Below, piece by piece: positions 25,572 through 38,238 of a DNA stretch of 64,000 nt. The position numbers were made by a program, and so were the translations under genes. Each line of letters starts with the position of its first letter. The stretch's first letter is position 1. The stretch comes from Squalus acanthias (taxonomy: Eukaryota). The notes beneath the pieces are model-generated. The model did not search any database, was not told where the DNA came from, and saw only the letters and a program-made list of their open reading frames with translations. The DNA lies in assembly GCA_030390025.1 (NCBI GenBank), contig JASTWF010000098.1, positions 620,001 through 684,000 on the forward strand. Direction: 5' to 3'.

Positions 25572-26847
25572 GTACGAAGCGTGGCGCGATTATTCATTTA
25601 GTTTAGAATGATAGGCAGTGAGGTTTTTTAAAAAGATGTGTATTGAAAAGTTTTGAAGTCACATTTGCGCAGCTACTATTATAAGAAATGCTTTAACAAT
25701 TTTTTTTTATTTATACAGCGCTTATGTTAATCTAGATAGTCTTTGAAATCAAAGCTAGCTGTGTTACTGTCCAAATGTACCCGTTACGGCTTTATGAAAT
25801 TTAATTGCCATACAATTTTGGTGGTCTGTTACAATGCATGAAAACAATTTCTGAAGCTGCTGACATTAGAAATGGGTTGCGTTTCGTAAACTGACCCACG
25901 TTATATGGACACAAAAGCAGTTGCAGCTTAAAACTAAAGCAACTTTCCACTCCCCCCAAAAAATTATTGAAGCTTCAGTATTTGCCTACCATTCTTCCAT
26001 GTACTTCATTTTTGTAAAGTTTACATTGCCCATCTCAGAACAGCATGTAACTTGGGTACTGCTCGGGACTGTATCTCACTAGTGAATTGAGAGGGAATGC
26101 TTCCTTATTCTTAGCCAGGTTTCAGACTCATTTGCATTGATGCATTAAAACGAGCAAGGCCCAGAAATTGAAGCTTTTCCTCTTGCGCTGCTGCGCTGAT
26201 CCTGTCAGATGACTGAAATGGTATGGACTGTACAGTAGTGACCGTCTGTTCACGTATTTGGGATGGTGAGGGGAAGCGAGCAAGCGAAAGTAAAGTGAGT
26301 TTTCCAGTGCGTCCTGCAGTAAAATCTCTTTCTGGAAGAATTCTGACTGTTTAGTGGAGGATGGAGTTTAATATATCTTGCTGTAACAAGGTGAGAGTCA
26401 GAGTTCCTGAAAATGGTGTGGAGCTGATTTGTCTTTGTGCATGTGCTCAGCAGTCTGTACCGTAGGATCTGAACCCATGTGTTTTTGTTAGCTGTTAATT
26501 TAAAATGTTCCAAGCTTTGGTTTCTTGTGTTGTGGGTAAGGCTGATGGGAAAACACTAGCATTTGTCTACTCGGGCAACTGCTTGTTTGTCGTGTCTATT
26601 GTCCACCCAGTCCCAAACTGTTGAATGCTTTTTTTAAGAAAAAGGTCTTTCTGACTGGTTCTGGGTTGCACTAAGACTTTCTGACAGCCCAACCTGGCCA
26701 GCCCATTAAAATCAATGAAACAAATTCTGACATGTCTGCTCAAACCTAGTTCATCCTTTTCCTCTTCTTTCCCAGCCCTCTTCCCCGTCTCCCAAAATGC
26801 TTGTCCTGTAGTTGAGCCTCGACAGGCCTGCTGTTCAACCCAGTTGT

Positions 26848-27320
26848 AAGAACATAAGAATTAGGAGCAGGAGTCGGCCATTTGGCTCCTCAAGCCTGCT
26901 CTGCCATTCAATAAGATCATGGCTGATCTTCAACTTCACGTTCCCGCTCGATCCCCATATCCCTTGATTCCCCTAGAGTCCAAAAATCTATCGGTCTCAG
27001 CCTTGAATATACTCAAAGATTCAGCATCCACAGCCTTTTGGGGTAGAAAATTGCAAAGATTCGCAGACCTCTGACTGAAGAAATTCCTCCTCATCTCAGT
27101 CTGAACAGGCCGGCCCCTTATCCTGAGACTGTGTCCCCTGGTTCTAGACTCTCCAGCCAGGGGAAACAACCTCTCAGCATCTACCCTGTCAATCCCCCTC
27201 AGAATCTTGTATGTTTCAATGAGATCACCTCTCATTCTTCTAAACTCCAGAGAGTATAGGCTCAATCTCTCCTCAAAGGACAACCTTCTCATCCCAGGAA
27301 TCATTCTAGTGAACCTTCGT
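26848..27320 (-). mobile_element. CR1 LINE 3' fragment
   Basis: ORF 26936-27343 (-) RRFTRMIPG...RGDLIETYK. Confidence 0.92.
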
Positions 27321-30300
27321 TGCTTGATTCCCTTGGTATCCAAAACAATCTTTGTACCAGTACCAGTGAAATTTCAGTCATACACCTGGGTTAGTGTGGT
27401 TCCTTTATGGATTAACCCATATTTACATGATTTGAAGCACAGTCTTGGTTAGGGCACGACTTCAAGCTTTCACCCAGTCTTATTCAGTCCCAAGTGGGTG
27501 GCCTGCGAAGTCACTGACTAGGGAATGGATTTTGTAGTGGGGATCGTAAACAATTCCTTTGGTCTTCCGGTGCTCATCTGTAGGAAACTTTGGTTTCTGC
27601 ATGGTTTAGGCAGTCTGACCAAAATGGTAGTGAGGTGGAGTCTGGTGTCACTGGCAAATGTGTGGGAGCTGACCCTGTGCCTCAGGATAATGTCAGAGGG
27701 GCAGCATGTAAACACGGGGGGGGGATGGGAATGCACAATTCTAAGGATTTCTATTGATGAGAAAATCTCCCTTTTTTTTCTTTGAAACGCCTCTTCCTCC
27801 TGTCATAACTTTCTAAATGGTTATTTTAATGTCTGGCGAGCATGTCTGAATTGAATATTTTTCTTGTCTTTTCCCTACTTGCTATCAAATGCTCGCTACA
27901 TTATTGGCTCAAAGTCTGCTTCAGAGTTTGAACAAAAGAGTGTATTTGCCAAACCTATCTTTTGTCTCGTGTTCTCTCCGTTTGAAGGTATCCCGCTGTA
28001 TTTAGTTACGTCACACTGCGGTGATTATTGATGGTATTCTGAACTTGAAGCTGCTGGACCAGAAAGCTAATTCAGAAGAAACAAATCCTTGTGCTACAAT
28101 GGAAGATTAGCTGCCGCTGACTCCCTTCAGACTGCACTCTTTAGCATCACTCTTGTTCAGTGTTTTAAAAAAAAGTTCATTTCCCCCCCCACCCCTCTCT
28201 GGTCAATTACCATAGCAATAGGCTGTTTTGGGGTGGGGGTTGTTTACACATCCAGCTTTGATCCTTTAGCTGCTGCAGCCCACACTATTTCTGGATCGTT
28301 AACTAGCCATTTTAAAGCATAGAACTTATGTGGGAGGCCTGGCAGCAAGTGTGTAGCTGTCTTCCTTTTATAATATGTGATAATTTCAGCAAACTATACA
28401 TTTCTTCTCCCTTCTTTTCTCCCCATGGTTTGGAATGAAGATGATCTGTGCTGATTTCTCATAACTATGGAAAAACAACCGAGGATTGGTTCTGGCCTAA
28501 CTACAGTTTTGTATTCTGGCCCCGGAGGAAGCCTGCACTTTGGCCCAGCCTATTGTACTCCTTTTCTTCATGGTGTATTTGGCACAGAAGGCTTGTTTCA
28601 GAATTACTTGTTTGATCAGATTTCAACAATCCCATCTGCATCATGGTTTTTCCCTTCATTCTTTTGGTTGCACATTCTAAACTTCTGCAATCTTTTTTAA
28701 ATGCATATTTAAAAAAAATCTACGACACTCTGGTTCAACGAGCTCTGATACTACTTACTATACACCTGAAGTTGTGATAATCGAAGATTGCCCAAAAAAC
28801 TGCTAGGCTTATTTTCCACTTCTTTGGGACAGTTTGATTTCCATGAGAAATTACCGATGGCTTCAGTTGCAAAAACCTATCCATTCGTTATAGATCATTA
28901 AGAGTACTGTGTACAATTCTGAGATGCCCTGCTTTCAAAGGGAATCAATTCATCGAAGAGCGCTTAAAGAAAAAACTGAAGCTGCTTAAGACTTGGGCTT
29001 TATGCTACAGTGTTAAGAAACCGGATTTCTTTTCACAGGACAGAAGACTGAGCAGGGACACGATCCAGCCTTTCAGCGGGTGCATCTAAATATAAATAGA
29101 CTCTATTTGACTTGGATTATGAGTGCAGATCGAGACAAGCACACAATTAACCAGCCTCAAGCAAAGTGAAAATTTAGAAGAAACTCACCCCCATCTTTGC
29201 AGAGTAGCAGATGTGTAGTCGAGTTATTAATATAACTGCCTCAAAAACAACCTGGATACATATCTGGTTAGAACAGAAGTGAAGATCATTTGAGATAAGT
29301 GCAGGCAGAGGTCATAAAATACTCAATGGAACAGTGTTTCCGTGCTACTGAAACGGGTGATGCCCCACCTGGTCATGTGAAAGTCTAGGTCTTGTGTTTC
29401 GCTTGATTACCTTTTGGGCTTGGAAGAATTTCTGTGGAACTTCTTGAGATGGAGTAGATTGCTTGCAGTAAGCGATGGAGTGAATTTTTGCGTCTTTTGT
29501 GGAAGAAGCAAGCTGGATGGGCAGGAAAGACCTTATTCCTTGCTTTGTGTTGTGTATGTAAGACAGCACCTGTAATTGTGCTCCTCATGGCACTCTGGCT
29601 GCCCAGAACAGGGATGAACTTGAGAAAGCATTGCCCAATCATTGTGTAAAGGAAGCAGCAAGGTAGAATGTACCAAGTGCTGACTTCAATTTTAATGTGC
29701 TGACATTGTATATTTGCTTTGCAGTATGGAGTTTTTCCATCCTTTTGAAAATCTTCCAATATACAGGAGTTCAGAGCAGCGCAAGAGAATACTGTAGGTC
29801 ATTGTGACTGTGTTTTCAATGCTTCAATTGTCTTGCTGATTAGTTTTGAAGACCTGTTGATTTAGTTGAAGCTTGTACTGTTTGTGGTCTGTAACCAGTG
29901 CAGGTCAGGAAAGGCAAACATATCCTTATACCAGATGTTATCTGACATGAGCACCTGAATGTGACTTCAGTTAAATTAAGATATTTCTGAATTACTTGGG
30001 GCTGCAATGGAACCTCTGGGGGCATCCTTTCAATATTTGAGATGTATCCAAAAGATAGAAGGGGAGAAAAATTGAAATTAATATTAAAAAAAAAAAATTG
30101 TTGTAAACTGAGCGCCATTGCAGACCGTTCCTCGATTTGCGGTGGCGCTAGATGGGTTAATAGTCGACTGGTGCAGATTTTGCATATTGTAGTTCCCCCA
30201 AAAAAGTGAGCCATAAATGGGGGGAAAAGAGTGATTCTTGAATAATGTTCATCATTACAGCCCTAAACCTTTTTAAGAGGTAGTTCTAGGTCAGATAGGA

Positions 30301-30415
30301 CGTTCCTGGCCGCGCGCTTTTTCTTTCTGTTGAAAAGGTGGTGTGTTGCTTCTGCGGAAAAGTAAGACCACAGGAAGCCCCCACGTAACATTCTCCGCTT
30401 GGATCTGATCAACAG

Positions 30416-30501
30416 GGTGTCGTAGTCAATCTTCAGCACAGTTCTTGAGTGGCGACCAAGAACCCTGGGCCTTTAGAGGTGGTCTAGCAGGAGAGTTTCA
30501 G
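30416..30501 (+). CDS. OGA: OGA exon 11 ([28 protein letters not shown])
   Basis: caacag|GGTGT...TTTCAG|gtattc; EPWAFRGGL motif. Confidence 0.96.
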
Positions 30502-31531
30502 GTATTCTACGAATTCCCGATGACTGATGTTTTTTTTTCATTTTGAGAGAGAAAACTTGTACAAAGAGAAAGGATTGGTCTGTTGATGGCTAGCTGGTTT
30601 CCTTAACAGAATCTGGTACATTTGGTACTGGCACTAATTTGCTTTCTTTTCAGTTGGAAGGAGATGCTGGAATCCCATTGCGCCTGCGCGCGCTGCAAAT
30701 TTTAGTTTGTATATGTCTTTCACAAAAATGTTCCTTTGCAGGTCGCGCAGCGTTTTCTCAGCGCCTGCGCTAGCGCCGCTTGCTTGCTTTGGTCTCGAAG
30801 TTCCATGAACAACCATGACCACGTTATGAAGTGAATATTCAGCCTCTAAAGTGTGGGCGGGGTGGTGGGGGGAAGAGAATGCACAAGGGTTTCTGACTTT
30901 AAACTGAAGTGAAATTTTGCTGGCCTTGTCGAATGGGAGGGATGACGGAGGAGAAAGATCAGTTTTGACTGAATACTGCTGAATCTTCCTGGTTTTGCTG
31001 AAATGTTCATGGAGTTTCGCTGCGCTGTTTTTCTTTTCTCCCCTACAGGTGCTTTTGCGCGCAGCCTGCGAAACCGCGCTTGCGAAGAAGCTCAGGATGC
31101 ACGGCTTCATCAGCCAGTTAACCCTCTCCAGACCAAACCTCCTCCCCGAAAATTCCTTTCCCCCTGCCCTCCCCCTCAGAAGAGTTCATTTGGCTTTTTA
31201 AAAAAAACCTCTTAAAACGCACACATTTTGCATAGTAAGTACATTAGTTTATATCCTGACTTGTTTGCTGCCGTAGATACTGGTCGGCATTTGGTGTCGT
31301 TTTAAAGTGTAAAATGTAGCCCTTTACAGAAATGAGCGGTTTCCCACTTAAAAAGAAAACTAGGAACTTTTTTAAAAATTGTTTCCTTCTGCTTGTTAAA
31401 CTGTGGTTGCTTTACACGGTGCCTTCAGTAGCAAATGAGTTCGAAATTGGAAAGGTATGTTGTGTGGAGCAGATGTTGGTGTCCAGACTCTGAAGTAGAG
31501 CTGTACTGACTAAGCTGTTTGTTCTTCACAG

Positions 31532-31636
31532 CGTTTGTTGCCAATTGAGGGGGCAAATGACCTCTTCTACCAGCCACCACCACCCATGCCTACCTCAAAA
31601 GTATACGCAATCAGGCCATACTTTCCAAAAGACGAG
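31532..31636 (+). CDS. OGA: OGA exon 12 ([35 protein letters not shown])
   Basis: ttcacag|CGTTTG...GAG|gtacgt. Confidence 0.96.
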
Positions 31637-34600
31637 GTACGTTTACTAACTTGTGTATCTGAATAAAGTTGCTATTGAAATGCTCTTAACTTTGAAATTT
31701 AGTTTTTATGTGTGCTAATGTAAACTTGAACAAACTAAATTTTATTCAGGTTGCAATATGTTCGATATACATCAAAATAACCCACCCCCAGTAGCCAACC
31801 GTGAAACTTGGTATTGAAGTCGGTCACAACTTCACATGTGGTTACTGTTGTTTGGCCAGATCCCTGTCATAGAACCATAGAGGTTTGCAGCACAGAAGGA
31901 GGCTATTCGCCCCGTGGTGTCTGTGCTAGAGCATCCAAAACGAATCCTCCTACCTTGATCTCTCCCTATAGCCCTATATCTTCCTCTGCTTCAAATATTT
32001 ATCCAATATTCCTTTGAGAAGCCATGCTCCACCACTCCCTGTGGCATAGCATCCAAAAATCCTCTGTTAATTTTCTCCTAACTTCTTTCCTTACTGATAC
32101 TTTTAAATTGCTAACTCCCTTATTACTGTCGCTCCAACCAGAAGAAGTTTTATTTCCCTATTCATTGCCATCCAAACACTTCATAATTTTACCAACTTCC
32201 ATTAAATCTCCTCTTGGCCACCTCTGCTCCTGTGGAAATAGTCCCAGTATCACGAGTCTCCCCTCAAAGCCTCACCCACACTCTTCCTTCACCATCAGTT
32301 GCTAAATCAGGAGTGGGAGCATTTTTGTTTGTATAGGGATGCAGAGTCAAATTGTAAACCTTGGTTCTATTAAACATTTGAAGCAGAGGAAGGTGCAGAG
32401 TTATGGAGAGAGGGGAAATGGGATTAATTTTAGATTTCTCGAGCAAAAGAAAGACTTGCATTTCTACAGCGCCTTTCACGAGCACCGGACGTCCCAAAGT
32501 GTTTACAGCCAATGAAGTACTTTTTGAAGTGCAGTCACTGTTGTAATGTTGGAAACCAAAGACCTGGCACAGATGCATTAAGCCATATGGCTTCCTTCTG
32601 TGCTGTAAGCGTCTGTGGTTCTTGCTGCAGTGACTGCACTGGCTGAATAAAATCTGGAATGATCCTGACCTGTAAGCTGGGGGCATCATCGGACAGGTTT
32701 CTGGTATGCTGTTGCTCATCAGTATCCGAGATTACTGTGTTTAGGTTCATCAAGGGAACAGATGTGCATTGTCGGCTGGTTTGCAGTCTGTATATGTGAA
32801 AGATCTAGCACCCTGATTTAAGCCATGCAGGCTTATCTTTTTGTCCTGTTAGTATCTGAAATAAATCTCTTTCTGAATGTAGATATCCTCGACTCCTATT
32901 TTGGTAAGGAGCAAAATCGTATGGTTTGCTTTGGCAGGACTTCTGACTCTCTGTACCTTTTGAAACAAACCAAGTGGATGAGTCGCCTGCTCTCTTGTCT
33001 CCAGTGATTGATGGTTATTCTGCACAACAGAATAGTGATTTCCAGGTAAAAGAATCTGGGAACCTGGAATGTTATGGGATGAAGGATTTGTCCTCCAGGG
33101 TATCGCTCAGGCAGAAATCACCACTGATATCAAACTTACCAAGTGAATTCATATCAGATTGGACAGCTACAGTCATCCTTTCAAGAATTGAGACCCTGGT
33201 CTTTGTTGCAGTGACTCTGGTACCTACGCAGGAACCCACCTCTGTTGAAATCACTTCTTCGGGCTGGTCTGCCAGTCTCTGGATATTGGATCATTGGACA
33301 TCTCGTTCAGATTATTGCAAACACTTTGTCAGCATTAAGGTTGAGAGCCTTGTCTGATTTAAGAGCAGGCATGCCATGAATTAGCTCTTTCTGCCGGTCA
33401 CCGGACTAAAAGGTTTGGACCATGGCAGGGTTACTTTCCAAATATATCTCTGGCTGCAGTCAAGTGCCAACATTCTGGCAATGGTTTCTAAAGACCCTAA
33501 AAGGAGTCATTTAGTACTTGAGTTTTCTAATAGAACTGATTAAAAGATTACTTTGGTGTTTCCCGAATTGGGAACAGGGAGATAGTCTTGGGGGTTTGTG
33601 AATTTGCTTAAGAATTCTTTTCCTAGCCCTCAATTACTTGAGGCTCCTTTCCACCTGAGAGATACTTCAACACTACTTCAATTCTCCTGGTATGTTTGGA
33701 ATTGCATGGATGCAGTCATGATTAGGACAGGAGGCATGGGAGTATCCTGGGCCCAGACCTAGTGAAAGATTCTGCAGGTACTGTTCCTTAATCCTGTCTA
33801 GTGCCTTGCAGGGTCAGAGGATGTACCAGTTCCTCTGCGTAGGGGTAAGAGGTTTCCTTTCATTGTATAGATGGGATAATATCAAACAATAAACATACTG
33901 AAGGAGAAAAAATGGCAAGGTTGTCCCTTAGATCAGATCTAAGTTAGCATGTCTACTATAGACAACCCATTTAACAGTCTGGGGAACAATTCTGCCGGCT
34001 TCGTTGCTCTGCAATATCTAACCAAGTCCCATGCTGCATACCTTTGACTAGCTCTCTGCCTTGGCATGACATTCCATGATCCCTGTACTCATGGCATTTG
34101 ATCAGTTATTATCCATGTTTCTAGAGGTACTAATGGGCACGTTATCTGCTTCAGTTGGGAGTTTATTCTACGTATTCACCATTTTGTGGTGAAAAATTCC
34201 TGCTAACATTCTTGCTTTGAGTTAACTATAAAATAAGCCTAGCTGTTTTGTGCCCTTTGTAGTATTGCCTTAATGCCCTTCTCCCATTCCCCAGTACATT
34301 GGCAGATTGTTGCCCTCATGGGATTCAAATCTGGCAATATTTGAACAGTTGTCTGTTGCCAGCTCAGCTGGGCTCCAAGAATCGGTGTAAGATGATCCCA
34401 GCTGTTCAATATTGGTCTTGTCTTGCTATCCTCCTTGATCTCTTCCTGAGAGTGAGATGAAAGTGGTGAAACTATTAACTGCTGGAAAGCTGAGGTCCCA
34501 CACCAGAAGTTTTATCAGTGTGCAAAGGAATTTGGATAAATCAAGATTAAGACCAAGTTTAGCATTCCTTTCGTTGGTTTTAATTGGCATCACTGCCAAT

Positions 34601-34752
34601 TCAAATGGAAAAACTCATTAACCAATAGAGCTTCTGTTGTCACATTTAATTATGAAGTTGCTAACTCAACCATGTCCATCTTTACACTTCTGGGATTCCT
34701 TTTTTGCTGACAATGCCATTGGAGCTTTTTTAAATATGCCCTTCTCTACTTA

Positions 34753-34973
34753 TGTGAGAAGTCGCACAACACCAGGTTATAGTCCAACAGCTTTATTTGA
34801 AATCACAAGCTTTCGGAGTGCTGCTCCTTCGTCAGGTGAAGTCTTCACCTGACGAAGGAGCAGCGCTCCGAAAGCTTGTGATTTCAAATAAAGCTGTTGG
34901 ACTATAACCTGGTGTTGTGCGACTTCTCACATTTGTCCACCCCAGTCCAACACCGGCATCTCCACATCATGGG
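34753..34973. mobile_element. Penelope-like inverted-pLTR mini-element, hammerhead motif on both strands
   Basis: 11-bp TSD ttctctactta (34742-34752, 34974-34984); 90-bp inverted arms with a 1-nt spacer. Confidence 0.88.
34845..34881 (+). ncRNA. Minimal type I hammerhead ribozyme motif (PLE-associated)
   Basis: Stem I tcac/gtga; CUGACGA; stem II ggagc/gctcc; GAAAG-CUU palindromic helix III. Confidence 0.75.
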
Positions 34974-36851
34974 TTCTCTACTTAGTTACAGGAGATTTAT
35001 TTCTTGAATTTCCATCATCTTCAACGCAGTCCTCTTGCCAATCACTACTCAACATCCGTGTTCCTTGGACCTTCTAACCCAATGGTGGACTGATCTATAA
35101 CAGCTGGTTGCAGGGAGATAGACTGGGGCGGGGGAAATTGTGAATTTGCGCAAGAATGCCTCTTCCAGCCCTCAATTACTTGAGGCTCCTTTTTACCTGA
35201 GACACTTGGACACTACTTCAATTCTCCTGCTATATTTGGAATTGCATGGATTAGTCTGGGCCTAAACCCAGTAGGTGCTGTAGGTCACTGTTCCTTAATC
35301 CTGGCTAGTGCCTTACTGGTTTAGAGGATGCACCAGTTCTACTGCATGAGGGTAAGGTGGTTTCCTTTCATTGTGATTTGCAGTTTGGAGAGAACCAAAT
35401 CTGTATAGTTGAAACTTATCAACAGCTATGGATATGGTGTTAACCCAGTCTCTCAATTAATGTGTTGCCATATTAGTCCTTTACAAAATTGAGATTGGAG
35501 TAGGACCATGTGTTTTTTTTCACCCTCACCCGTGCCATTTTTCTCCCGTTCTTGTGGAAAACATTGAGTCTGTGCTAGGGTCCAGCTCAATAGACATTGG
35601 GCATCTTGATACATTGGCAAAGTGACCATTATTTGTGTGTGAATCTTGAATGGTGAATATTGGCACCATAGCAAAGCTTGGCCATTTTCTCACCTGAAAT
35701 ACATACATGGGCACAAGCACTTCTATTGGCTCTTAACTCGAGGAACTTTGGAAGAAAGAACCATGGCTGATTTTTGTGTCTCCCTCCCCCTCCCATAAAC
35801 TAATGATGTGCGATGAATTGTGACGCCCCCTTACTATCACTCGAGCTGAGATCATCCAACTCATCCTAGACCAGGGAGTGAAGCCGGCACCTTTCTGGTC
35901 GATGTGGCTCTGTAATTCCCTGGATAAACTTAAGTCTTTGTTTCTGCTAGGTCGATGAGCTGCTACAGTTTTACCTCAGTATGGAATAGCAGCAGAATTC
36001 TCCCCACTGAGGCTCATTCCCAGATGGTGCTTTCACTGGAACTTTGAGCTTCTGACTGCAAGGGATAAATGCAGCTTTCATGCCTGTTGCACCAGTCGGA
36101 GCTTCAGAGCGATGCAAATTCTTCTCTCTACTTAGCAGCCAGCGACCTTTTCATGAGACTTCTATTCTGGTTTTTATTGGTTACCTCCAACATCATTTCA
36201 TTGAAGTCACCTTAACCCCACACAAGTGGGTGAAGATAGCATTCTGCATGATCACTGGCTGCTATTTAAGGCACCTTAAAGCCTGGCCTTGGTGTATCTG
36301 CAAAGACACCACGCGCTTTCACTGAGTCCACCTTCCCCACCTGGAAGGCCGTAGTTTGACAGAACAGTACTTGTACCTGTGTACAATATAGCAAATGAAG
36401 ATTTAGTATATTCCTGCCCTTCAATTTAAATTAAGTTATACTTAATGTATCCTACCTTTTATCTGAGTTAGCCTTGTTGGACATTCTCATGGCAGATTAC
36501 TTACAGGAGATGCGTTTCTCAGTAGGTACTAGATTTTGATCTCCCTTTCAGTTAAAGTGCAAATAGGATTTGGTTGGTCTCACCAGGAGCCCTGAAAGTG
36601 AACCCCAGTTCCACCAGCTATTTGATTAGAACCAGCCCAGTTTGGTTGCCAGTCGGTAGAATGAGTAATGTGACACTCCAAAGAGATGGCTCTTGGTGTC
36701 TTTGTGATTCACCCTGTCTAATGTCCATGTCACCAGAAACCCAAGCATAAAATGTATGCTTGTCGTGTGTTTATCAGGGACGGTTCCACTGTATTAATGC
36801 ATACTCTGCGCGCTGAAGTACTCTATTAGCCAGGTTTGCTTTTCTCCACAG

Positions 36852-36940
36852 GCCTCTGTGTACAAGATCTGTAAGGAGATGTATGATGATGAAATGGATG
36901 GTGACTCAATGTCTTATCAGCCGGATATCATTGGTGACAG
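36852..36940 (+). CDS. OGA: OGA exon 13 (ASVYKICKEMYDDEMDGDSMSYQPDIIGD)
   Basis: ccacag|GCCTCT...GACAG|gtgagt. Confidence 0.95.
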
Positions 36941-36977
36941 GTGAGTGTACAGAGAGATGGCATTTTGTGTGTGTTGA

Positions 36978-37121
36978 GGGGGGAGGGGGGGGGGAGGGGG
37001 GGGGGGGGGGGGGGGGAGGGGGGGGGGGGGGGGGGGGAGGGGGGAGGGGGGGGGGGGAGGCGGGGGGGGGGGGGGAGGCGGGGGGGGGGGGGGAGGCGGG
37101 GGGGGGGGGGGGGGGGGGCGG
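36978..37121 (+). repeat. Poly-G low-complexity tract
   Basis: About 140 nt of G runs with single A/C spacers. Confidence 0.95.
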
Positions 37122-37146
37122 AAGGAAGGAAGGGCTACCTATTTTC

Positions 37147-37236
37147 TCCTCATCTTGATTGCTTTACGGCTTCTGCTGGGGTCTAGTTCTGGCTTCTGCT
37201 GGGGTCTAGTTCCGGCTTCTGCTGGGGTCTAGTTCC
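37147..37236. repeat. Short tandem repeat ggcttctgctggggtctagttc(c/t), about 3 copies
   Basis: Direct inspection. Confidence 0.85.
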
Positions 37237-37997
37237 ACATGTGCTGACACCCTCTTGTAGGTCACTCAGGTGGTCGTTTTTCACCGATGAGGCTGGAAAC
37301 GTGTGTATGTTATTCGATCGTTGAGGAAGTCCTCAGCACAAACGGATTGCCCAATACTACATTTTTTTTTTTTTACCTCCCTAATCCAGAGTTGTTGAAG
37401 CAAACTGTAGTGTCCCTCCTACCACCTTAAGATCAACACTGACTAGGGTGAAACCTGGGCTCTTCTGTTATGTCCACAAATTACCAGAATTTTGAATTCA
37501 GTTTCATGGTGAGATTTGAACTTGTGACTTCTAGTTATAGAACCACTAGGCTACTGTTCCGTCTAGCTTTGACCCAAATCTAGTGTTACCTAATATTGTA
37601 AAGGAGATGCACTGAGGAAACTACTTCCTACAAAAAAAGCTTTATTTTAATTAGCTAGCCTAAGTGGCAGTAAGGTTGCTGCAATTGGCCTTAATCTCCC
37701 TTGCTTTAAAGGGGATAAATCAGCCAGGATTCCTGCTACTCATTGCTATCCAGTGTATGTGCAAGGGTGCCAGGTGAGAACTGGCTTTGTTTTGGCTGTT
37801 ATAATAAGCACTGCTGTCAAATAGTTGACACTCGCTGTCTAAACATCTTGGGCAAGGTACCAGAGAGGGGTTGCCTGTCCCTGTGGAACTGTACCTCAGC
37901 AGGAATTGGTGTCTTACTGAGAGAGAATATTGTTTCTGTACCTTTATGTTGGGTGCTTATTCTGTGGCTCATGGCAAAAGGAAAAATTCAATATGGT

Positions 37998-38170
37998 CAA
38001 TGTTCCCCTCTTTTTAAAAAAAATAATAAAAATTTTAATTACGTGCGTGGTCCCTTTAAATTTGCTGTGCAGCCGCGCATGCGCGGCATCTTCCAGTGGC
38101 AACAGCTTATGAGCGGCCTGCACGGGACCTCGCGATTGACGTGCAGCTGCGCACCTTTGGGGGAGCATTG
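37998..38170. mobile_element. hAT-superfamily MITE
   Basis: TIRs CAATGTTCCCC / GGGGAGCATTG; perfect 8-bp TSD aatatggt (37990-37997, 38171-38178). Confidence 0.9.
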
Positions 38171-38238
38171 AATATGGTGTAATGCTCTGTACCTGTATCG
38201 GTTTTTAGTGTAATGTGCTGTCTTTGCTGTGTTTGCAG

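Noticed and set aside
36883-37186. Gly-rich ORFs
   Set aside because: Translation of the poly-G tract
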